Shown here piece by piece: positions 1-7,370 of a stretch of DNA of 64,000 bases. The stretch is from a virus. Below the pieces are notes generated by a model. The model saw nothing but the letters and a program-made list of their open reading frames with translations. It had not been told where the DNA came from and did not search any database. Position 1 is the stretch's first letter, and every line of letters begins with the position of its first letter. The DNA is taken from positions 1-64,000 of the IMG/VR virus record IMGVR_UViG_3300020048_000062; one strand, written 5' to 3'. The position numbers and the translations under genes are program-made.

Positions 1-553
1 TGGGTACTGGTTGCGTATCTTGCATTGAATTTAACTTATTTACTGCAAATTCTATGAATCGTTCTTCGATTGCATCATCCAATAAAACAGAAACTTCTGG
101 GTCAATATTCAAAAGTTGCATAAATCCTGTTGGAACTTTAGGTGCTGTTTTGGTTTTCGGTCCTAATAGTTTTTTAAATACACTAAACGTGTCGTGTGCT
201 GTAGCTGCCGCACCTGCACCTGCCATAGCTGCTCCACCAGCAACTGCTGCTAATGCTCCACCCGTTCCAATTGTTCCAGCAACAAAACCAGCAACTCCAA
301 TTAATCCAATAACACACTTTAAAACATCACTACCACTATTTTTTGCATTAGCAAGTGCTTCTTCCTTTGTTTTTGAATGCGTATAAATTCTAATCGCTTC
401 TCTTAATTCGCCAACACTTAGAGTATTATCATCAATAAAGGAAGGATTGGCTCTATTAGGTGTTGGTGGTATTACAGGTGCTGCTTCCTTAATCACGAAA
501 TCGGGATTAACTTTGCCCATTACTTCAAATAGTCTTTGTTTATTATCTTTCAT
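1..553 (-). CDS. Putative capsid-internal/ejected protein with shared N-terminal leader and glycine-zipper hydrophobic segment (3' end outside window)
   Basis: Not in ORF track; read by hand from ATG at 553: MKDNKQRLFEVMGKVNPDFVIKEAAP...VIGLIGVAGFVAGTIGTGGALAAVAGGAAMAGAGAAA..., open to the window edge. Confidence 0.75.
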   Translation of the reverse strand, partial: MKDNKQRLFEVMGKVNPDFVIKEAAPVIPPTPNRANPSFIDDNTLSVGELREAIRIYTHSKTKEEALANAKNSGSDVLKCVIGLIGVAGFVAGTIGTGGALAAVAGGAAMAGAGAAATAHDTFSVFKKLLGPKTKTAPKVPTGFMQLLNIDPEVSVLLDDAIEERFIEFAVNKLNSMQDTQPVP

Positions 554-559
554 AATATC

Positions 560-943
560 TTACTTAAATCCCATTTCAGCCATTGCTTTTCTTATGTCAG
601 TCAACACTCTTGAAGTTGAAATTGCTGGATTCTCTGGTTTATAACCCAATCCAGAAAACCAAGCCTTAAATGCTTGTGGAAATTCTGTTGCAGTATTAAT
701 TCTACCCATTTTATTCTGAACACCTGTTGCAGTTTGAGTTGCTTTATTTAGTGCTTGGACATCAGTAGCTAATGGCTTCTGTGGTTGTGTTGTTGCAGCA
801 GGCGCAGTTCCACCCACGGGACTTCCAGCTTCTGGTGCTTGTGTACCACCAATAAGTGGTGCTGCTTCACTTAGTATTGTAGAATTAGGATTTAGCTTTG
901 CGAACATTTCGAATAGCTGTTCTTTAGTTGAGGTGTCTTTCAT
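560..943 (-). CDS. Putative capsid-internal protein with shared leader
   Basis: ORF 560..994; likely true start 943 (MKDTSTKEQLFEMFAKLNPNSTILSEAAP) because the late motif lies at 959-966. Confidence 0.7.
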   Translation of the reverse strand: MKDTSTKEQLFEMFAKLNPNSTILSEAAPLIGGTQAPEAGSPVGGTAPAATTQPQKPLATDVQALNKATQTATGVQNKMGRINTATEFPQAFKAWFSGLGYKPENPAISTSRVLTDIRKAMAEMGFK

Positions 944-980
944 GTGTAATGATTTCCAATAAATACTTAAAGGTATAATA

Positions 981-1134
981 AAAAAATGCACCACGTAAAG
1001 CGATGCATTTTCTAATTGGCATTAGTCAGTCCAAAAATTTACATAACCACTATCTGGCGATAAATTTTTTGAAAATCATTCCAGATTTTCCCAGACATAA
1101 CTTAATTCGATAATTAAGCAATGATTTTCTATAG
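981..1134 (-). ncRNA. Candidate structured non-coding RNA (late promoter to intrinsic terminator)
   Basis: Late motif at 1135-1142 (-). Downstream: stem GAAAAUCAUU/AAUGAUUUUC enclosing two hairpins, stem AAAAAUUUA/UAAAUUUUU, hairpin CUAAU/AUUAG, then terminator AAAAUGCAUCGC-UUUAC-GUGGUGCAUUUUUU. G-U pairs work only on the minus strand. Confidence 0.55.
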
Positions 1135-1183
1135 ATAAATACTCAATCAGTAGAAATTAAATGTAATTTATATTAAGATTTGA

Positions 1184-1191
1184 GTATTTAT
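1184..1191 (+). promoter_or_regulatory. Phage late promoter motif GTATTTAT (representative; divergent partner at 1135-1142)
   Basis: Motif recurs roughly 5-50 nt upstream of many morphogenesis genes on the coding strand. Confidence 0.75.
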
Positions 1192-1207
1192 TCTTAAAAT
1201 AGGTTCA

Positions 1208-1810
1208 ATGGATAAGAAGAATTTCATGAGAATTATAAATGAAGAAATTAAGGATTTCGATTTTTTAAACAATGACGAATCGCTTAAAGAGCAGGAAAGC
1301 ATTGATTTAATTGTAAATGAAGATTTACAAAAGCAATTTATTTGTGATTCACTACTCAATAGAATTGCCAGAATAAAAATTATTCGTGTGGATGATGCAC
1401 GTATCGGTGGAAATTGGGAAGAGCAAGACTTTGACAACGCAGATAAACTATCAATCGAATACAATGTAACTGTTGGTTATACGTATGATACGAGTAAAGA
1501 ACCATTGGAATTTGCCTTATCGTTTAACGGTGAAAATGTTGGTATTGAGGTAGCTGGTACAAATGACACTGGAAATGATATGACACCGCCTACTAATGAT
1601 TCGTGGTTCAAAAGTATAAACTGGTATCAAATTAATGTCACGTTACTTACGGGTGAAGGGGAAGAAGTTCCTTTTATAGCTTATGAAAAAGCACCACAAA
1701 ACATTCAAGACTTATTTACAAGAGAATTTCTCGAAAACTTTATATCTACTCAAACATCTATGGACGTACTTGATAAATCTAACAAGGCTGCTGTAACACA
1801 ATTCTGTTAA
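1208..1810 (+). CDS. Hypothetical late protein (N-terminal IINEE/LKE motifs)
   Basis: 200-aa ORF with late motif 16 nt upstream. Confidence 0.7.
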   Translation: MDKKNFMRIINEEIKDFDFLNNDESLKEQESIDLIVNEDLQKQFICDSLLNRIARIKIIRVDDARIGGNWEEQDFDNADKLSIEYNVTVGYTYDTSKEPLEFALSFNGENVGIEVAGTNDTGNDMTPPTNDSWFKSINWYQINVTLLTGEGEEVPFIAYEKAPQNIQDLFTREFLENFISTQTSMDVLDKSNKAAVTQFC

Positions 1811-1811
1811 A

Positions 1812-2225
1812 ATGAGTGATGAAAAAAGAAAACTATTAGATAAGATTAATGGACTTATCGACAAGCGACAAGTTGAATTACTTCAAAGATTTCCAAGTAT
1901 TCACGAAATTGATGACGGGTTTATTGTTCGATTTTTCACCGATTGGGAAAATTGTTGGCTTGAGGGAGCTGTTAAAATAAAGACTATTGTTGATAAAGAA
2001 AACCCCGATAGAACAATTCTCTTCGAATTTATCCCCAAAGGCACGATATTTCCACTAATGAAGAGAGAACACGTTCATACAATTATTTGTTTTAGTGGAA
2101 AAATTGATCTCACAATTAACAATGAAGTTTTTCACATACTACCCTATAGTAAAACACATTTAAGTTCCGATACGTTTAGTGCTATCGCATTAGATGATAG
2201 TTACATACTTATATCTAACGAATAA
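1812..2225 (+). CDS. Hypothetical protein, possible cupin-like beta-barrel
   Basis: 137 aa; FIPKGTIFP...EHVHTIICFSGKIDLTI resembles the cupin pattern. Confidence 0.5.
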   Translation: MSDEKRKLLDKINGLIDKRQVELLQRFPSIHEIDDGFIVRFFTDWENCWLEGAVKIKTIVDKENPDRTILFEFIPKGTIFPLMKREHVHTIICFSGKIDLTINNEVFHILPYSKTHLSSDTFSAIALDDSYILISNE

Positions 2226-2429
2226 TTACCATTTCTTATCCCAACATCTGGATTGCAAACTTCTAACTTTCGCAGGCATGTAACAATTACAAAGTTTGCA
2301 ATAGTTGTGTTCGCTTAATTTTTTACATGGAACGCAAATCGCCATTCTACGCTTTGCTTCTTCTTCGACTTCTTTGTTTTCGAAGACTAAATTTTTCCAA
2401 CCCTCATATATTTCTGATAATCTTCCCAT
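2226..2429 (-). CDS. Small Cys-rich (Zn-binding) phage protein
   Basis: 67 aa; RMAICVPC...CKLCNCYMPAK...CWDKKW; coupled to the upstream 674-aa gene. Confidence 0.7.
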   Translation of the reverse strand: MGRLSEIYEGWKNLVFENKEVEEEAKRRMAICVPCKKLSEHNYCKLCNCYMPAKVRSLQSRCWDKKW

Positions 2430-2431
2430 TG

Positions 2432-4456
2432 TTAACGATATATTATTCTCCCACCCTTACTTACTTGAATGTCGGGTTTTGTTAGTGATTCAATCAGCGC
2501 ATTGTGTAAAACTTCTGTTGAGCTTAATCCTTTGTCATATACTCTGAGTTTCTGGATACCACCAATAAACGGTATTGTGAAATTTTCATTGATGAATGAC
2601 ATGTGATTACCAGCAACTAAGATATCAGAAGCAGTGTATGTGAATCCAGATATATATAATGGAGCATTTAAGTTGGGTACATCAGATGTTTCAATTAATA
2701 AACCCGTTGCAATATATTTTTGACCTGAGTTTTCTTCACTCCTAATTACACTCTTGAGTTTTAACCATTTTTTCTGACCAGTAATGATTTGATTCTGAAC
2801 GTCATTGGCAACATCAGAATAATCAATCAACCTACCGTCTTGATCGAAAACTGGTTCACCTGTTACGCCATAATACATTATTCCGTCAAGATATATGTAT
2901 TGATACTCTTGTTGATCTGGGAATGGATGTAAGCCAAGTCTTTCCAACTCAGCTTTAGTCGCAGCGACAATGGGGTAGTAATATTCAACATCGTGAACAA
3001 CTGATACATCGGTAGTATCACTATACCCTAAAATCGATATCTTATTATTTATCCTATTTCCAACGTTATCCGTTTCCTTAAGGAAGCCATCGTCATATAG
3101 TGATAAATTAAAAGTATAATCTCTATTAGATATAACAGAAATTGGATGCTCGAATCTGATGAAATATGTATGATCTGTACCACCAGTATATTCAATACGC
3201 ATGGCAGTACCACTAAATGTCGTGTTGTCGGCAGTTATCGATAAGCCAGTTGTTGTACCAGTTTCGATAAGCGGATTTTTCATCAAACTAAAATTATTGT
3301 TGATATATGTCTGGTCTTCACCACCATATATCCTATATGTTTGAAAATCGTAGTGAAATGCTTTATCTAAACCAAATGAACCACCACCCCAAGTAATTGT
3401 GTAGGGCACACTCAATTGTTTTTCTCTATCATTTTTTAAACCGTGAAAGTAAAATTCAGGAAAATCCTTAATTGTCCAAACAGCACGACCATTAACATAA
3501 AACACTAATTTACCTAATCTTTGCGGTGCACAAAGAAATACATCGGGGTCTGTATTAGCGATTGGTGCATCGGGAGTGAATGTAATATTAATTATTGTAA
3601 ACCCTGTCGTAGTAATAATCGTAGATGAATAATTTTTAACTAAGAGTCCATCATTATTGATGTATCTATATCCTAATCTTTTATCTGCTGTTAATTCAAA
3701 AGCAATTAAATTATTTTTTAGATTATCTGTTTGGGATGTTATTGAATGGACAGTTTTTTTACTATATTCAGGCTGGCTGAATGCTTTTTTATTTACCTGT
3801 TTGCCTTGAATTGCGTTTAAGTAATTATCTTCGCTCGTAGTTACACCACTAAGTATTGTCATTCCACTATATGTAGTAGTACTCGCAGTAATACCAGTAA
3901 TAGTTTCACCACTATGTGTTGGGATATACTTATCACCAGCACGTGTACCCATTGTATAGAAAATACCTTGTGACTCAGGATATATGTTTAATATGGTTTC
4001 AATCGTTATACCTAAGTTATATCTTGATGGAAATAGTTCATAATTATAATCTTGTAGCTTAAAGAATCCATTTAAAAATCCGCCTTGCGTATCAAAGTAA
4101 TTCCCATTTGTACCACCAGTAATTGCATTAATTGTAAGAAAAGTAGTTGTGGCAGTTAGACCACTTGTCTGACCCGTAGTTGGATTCATAACTGAATTAT
4201 ACCCAACTCTATACATTGAGAACAAAGTATCGTTAGGAGTAAGCGTAATGCCACTCCACATGCAATTCATTCTACCATTATCAAAACCTGTTAATCCAAA
4301 GTCTATTAAATTAAGGTTATCTGAGACAGCACCACTCCATTTAGTCAAACTAAAGGTAGTGAGACCAGTATTATAATCCCATGACTTAACATTTGTTAAG
4401 TCAATGTGAATCGCCAAATTATCGACAATTATATCATTCAAACATTCTAAACTCAT
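2432..4456 (-). CDS. Virion structural protein with LamG/concanavalin-like segments
   Basis: 674 aa, Thr/Gly rich; LVFYVNG and GGIQKLRVYDKGLSSTEV resemble LamG motifs; late motif at 4475-4482. Confidence 0.6.
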   Translation of the reverse strand: MSLECLNDIIVDNLAIHIDLTNVKSWDYNTGLTTFSLTKWSGAVSDNLNLIDFGLTGFDNGRMNCMWSGITLTPNDTLFSMYRVGYNSVMNPTTGQTSGLTATTTFLTINAITGGTNGNYFDTQGGFLNGFFKLQDYNYELFPSRYNLGITIETILNIYPESQGIFYTMGTRAGDKYIPTHSGETITGITASTTTYSGMTILSGVTTSEDNYLNAIQGKQVNKKAFSQPEYSKKTVHSITSQTDNLKNNLIAFELTADKRLGYRYINNDGLLVKNYSSTIITTTGFTIINITFTPDAPIANTDPDVFLCAPQRLGKLVFYVNGRAVWTIKDFPEFYFHGLKNDREKQLSVPYTITWGGGSFGLDKAFHYDFQTYRIYGGEDQTYINNNFSLMKNPLIETGTTTGLSITADNTTFSGTAMRIEYTGGTDHTYFIRFEHPISVISNRDYTFNLSLYDDGFLKETDNVGNRINNKISILGYSDTTDVSVVHDVEYYYPIVAATKAELERLGLHPFPDQQEYQYIYLDGIMYYGVTGEPVFDQDGRLIDYSDVANDVQNQIITGQKKWLKLKSVIRSEENSGQKYIATGLLIETSDVPNLNAPLYISGFTYTASDILVAGNHMSFINENFTIPFIGGIQKLRVYDKGLSSTEVLHNALIESLTKPDIQVSKGGRIIYR

Positions 4457-4533
4457 TTTCTACAGGAATTTATAATAAATACTACAATACTTTAATTAAT
4501 AATTACGTATTTATGTAAAATGTTATAATTGCA

Positions 4534-5706
4534 ATGATAAAGGACAGTAAACAACGATTATTCGAAATGATGAATAGAGTTGGTGGTATGCCATTGGTTG
4601 AAGAAAGCACAAACATGCCTAATTTACCTGTTGGTATTACACCAGAAGACTTCATACCATTAGATGACTACATTAAAGAAGTTCCTTGTACTACTGAAAT
4701 TAAGGAAGATAATCCAACCGAATTTGGTGCGAAAATTAATAAAGTTCCAGATATACAAAACTTATTAAATAAGAAAGATACTGAAATCACCAATAAGCAT
4801 CAGAATTATAATACAGGTGGACGTATTCACGCAGGAACTATTGAAGACATTAAAACAGATGATAATAATTTTGACATTGAAAAACTTAAAACAATACTCA
4901 GTCAAAAGCCTGATACTAAGCAATTCTTAACACAAAACAAGAAAATGGGTAAATCCAATTTCTTCAACGTAACACTACCAGCATTTAAAGGATTAATATA
5001 TAATCAAGCAGACGGTGAATTTTATGTTGTAGATGTTTGTAGTAAAGCAGGTGCATGTTTACGTGATTGCTATGCTCAAATGGGAAGATACATTATGTTT
5101 GACGCAACAGTTAGACTTAATACTCAAAAACTAAACTATTTGATGAATAATTGGAGTGAATGGAAGCAAAGAATGATTACAACAATTAAAGCATTAAGTT
5201 GGGGTGGTGGAGCTGTAATACGTTGGCATGATTCAGGTGACTTTATATCTGAAAAATATCTACAAATAGCATATGAGATTGCAAAAGCAACTCCCGATGA
5301 TAACCACTATGCTTATACCAAGGAGGTTGGGATGGTTTTAAATTCCGAAGTACCCGATAATTTCGAATTTAAATTCTCATATGGTGGCACACAGGATGCA
5401 ATGATTGACCCAAATCTTCACGGTCATTCGAGAATAGTTCCAGAAGAATTATTTAAAGACTTACAACCTAAAGATACTGGCGAAGGTTGGAACTTTAGTC
5501 CAGAAGCTATTGAAATTCTAAAAGACAGAGTTGTAAAACAATATGGTTTAAGTAGAGATATTTTACTTACAAACCAAGAATTAATGAACATACCATACAA
5601 TAAAAATGCACAAAGAAAATGGATTGTATTGAATTGGAGTGGTAATAATGACGTTCCTGCATTAAGAAGGGATGTATTAGCGGTGTATAATTTGAAACAT
5701 AGATAA
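4534..5706 (+). CDS. Gp88-like (Cys-cluster, radical-SAM-like) protein carrying the shared N-terminal leader
   Basis: CSKAGACLRDCYA, IRWHDSGDF and HYAYTK match the phage Gp88-type pattern; N-terminus MIKDSKQRLFEMMNRVGGMPLVEE; late motif at 4507. Confidence 0.65.
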   Translation: MIKDSKQRLFEMMNRVGGMPLVEESTNMPNLPVGITPEDFIPLDDYIKEVPCTTEIKEDNPTEFGAKINKVPDIQNLLNKKDTEITNKHQNYNTGGRIHAGTIEDIKTDDNNFDIEKLKTILSQKPDTKQFLTQNKKMGKSNFFNVTLPAFKGLIYNQADGEFYVVDVCSKAGACLRDCYAQMGRYIMFDATVRLNTQKLNYLMNNWSEWKQRMITTIKALSWGGGAVIRWHDSGDFISEKYLQIAYEIAKATPDDNHYAYTKEVGMVLNSEVPDNFEFKFSYGGTQDAMIDPNLHGHSRIVPEELFKDLQPKDTGEGWNFSPEAIEILKDRVVKQYGLSRDILLTNQELMNIPYNKNAQRKWIVLNWSGNNDVPALRRDVLAVYNLKHR

Positions 5707-5738
5707 AATAAATAAAATAAAATTTTAAAACAAGTATT

Positions 5739-6221
5739 ATGAAAAAAGATAGTAAAACAAGACTTTTTGAAGTTATGGGTAGGTTGGATAAAACGTTCAA
5801 ACCAAGATTAAATGAAGAATTTGAACCAGCAAGTCCAGTTGCATTCAAACAGCCAATGGGCGGTGCTGAAATGGGCGGTGAAGAAAAAATCGAACAAACA
5901 CCAGAAGAAAAAATCGAAGCATTAACTGCAAAGGTTGATGAACTTTATGCTATGCTTCATGGCGAAGAAGAATCGGGTGAAGAAACTGGTGAAGAATCGG
6001 GTGAAGAAACTGGTATGGAAAATCTTCGAGAATGGAATTTCGACAAGAAAAAAGGCGAAAAGACAGAAGATGACACTAAAGAGCACGAAGATTCAGAAAC
6101 AGCAGGAGAAGAGAAAGCTGAACACGAAAAAGGCGGTGAAGAAGAACTTAAGGAAGAAACATCTACAGATGCTCCTAAAGCTAAGATTCCAGTTAACATG
6201 ATTGCCAAAGTAGGTAAATAA
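5739..6221 (+). CDS. Acidic prohead core/internal protein with shared leader
   Basis: MKKDSKTRLFEVMGRLDKTFKPRLNEE; Glu-rich; LNE, LRE and LKE sites. Confidence 0.7.
   Translation: MKKDSKTRLFEVMGRLDKTFKPRLNEEFEPASPVAFKQPMGGAEMGGEEKIEQTPEEKIEALTAKVDELYAMLHGEEESGEETGEESGEETGMENLREWNFDKKKGEKTEDDTKEHEDSETAGEEKAEHEKGGEEELKEETSTDAPKAKIPVNMIAKVGK
5967..6014 (+). repeat. 24-bp tandem duplication (EESGEETG x2)
   Basis: gaagaatcgggtgaagaaactggt repeated twice. Confidence 0.9.
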
Positions 6222-6234
6222 TCATCTAATACCA

Positions 6235-7041
6235 ATGGTTGAAAATAATCCAAACGCTCGTGCGTGGTCGAGTAAATATTGGTCAAGAAACAGCATTTCC
6301 GATGTGTTAAAGGAAGTGGTTGAACCTGACAATATTGACGTGTCATCAATTCAGATGCATGATACGTTATGCCCTTTAATTTGGGATGCTGACGAAAAGT
6401 TAAAACCAGAAGTAAGAAAGACATTATTAATGAATGCTAAACGTTTCATTGAATTCTCAGGTGTTGAAAGCCTGAAATTCAATGACGTTATGTTTACGGG
6501 CAGCATGGCTAATTATAACTATAGTGAAAGTTCCGATTTGGATGTACACATCATATTAGATTTTAGCCAAATTTCAGCAAACAAAGAATTTGTTGGTGAC
6601 TTCTTTAAATTAAAGAAACAACTTTGGACAGATAAACTCCCAATACAGGTAAAGGGTCATGATGTTGAGATGTATTTTCAGGATGCTAACGAACCACATC
6701 ATTCATCAGGTACATATTCGCTAGTAAAAAATGATTGGATAAGGAAGCCAACTAAAAAGATTATCAATGTCGATAGTGCTGACGTTCAACTTAAATCTGC
6801 CGACCTTATGAATGCTATCGAAGATTTAGAAACAAATAGAGACGAGAAAAATTTTCTAAAAAAACACGAAGCATTGAAAAATAAAATCAAAAAGTATAGA
6901 CAAACTGGACTTGATACTGGTGGTGAATATTCTATTGAAAACCTTGTGTTTAAAATTCTTAGGAATACTGGATTTCTTGAAAGAATGGTTGAACTTAAGA
7001 ACGATTACCTCACAGCAGAACTATCCTTAAAAGAATTTTAA
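6235..7041 (+). CDS. Pol-beta superfamily nucleotidyltransferase
   Basis: FTGSMANYNYSESSDLDVHII (GS...DxD) plus downstream DVEMY acidic residue. Confidence 0.8.
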   Translation: MVENNPNARAWSSKYWSRNSISDVLKEVVEPDNIDVSSIQMHDTLCPLIWDADEKLKPEVRKTLLMNAKRFIEFSGVESLKFNDVMFTGSMANYNYSESSDLDVHIILDFSQISANKEFVGDFFKLKKQLWTDKLPIQVKGHDVEMYFQDANEPHHSSGTYSLVKNDWIRKPTKKIINVDSADVQLKSADLMNAIEDLETNRDEKNFLKKHEALKNKIKKYRQTGLDTGGEYSIENLVFKILRNTGFLERMVELKNDYLTAELSLKEF

Positions 7042-7043
7042 TC

Positions 7044-7292
7044 ATGAAAAAATTTATAGTTAAAAAAGAGCAACTAAACGAATATGTCGAAAGAAAAAAA
7101 GCTGACAAGGTTTTCTACGATATTGTTGAAGCATTGCACAAAAACATGAAATATTTGAATGAAGAAGTTTCATTGAAAGGAGCTAATCAAACGGTTGTCG
7201 ATAACTACAAAAGAAAAGGTTTAATAAATTCAAGGGTTAACGAAATGCTTATTAAGTACAACATCATAGACGAAAAACATGAAATAATCTAA
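7044..7292 (+). CDS. Small hypothetical head-associated protein
   Basis: 82 aa; MKKFIVKKEQLNE leader, LNEE motif. Confidence 0.65.
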   Translation: MKKFIVKKEQLNEYVERKKADKVFYDIVEALHKNMKYLNEEVSLKGANQTVVDNYKRKGLINSRVNEMLIKYNIIDEKHEII

Positions 7293-7370
7293 CACTTTTA
7301 TTTTTTTGCTCTATATTAAGTATTTATGGTAAATGTAGAATAAATAATATCTATTTTTAAAAACATACAA

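Noticed and set aside
54-644. Plus-strand ORFs 54..386 and 447..644
   Set aside because: Antisense shadows of the real minus-strand leader-bearing genes.
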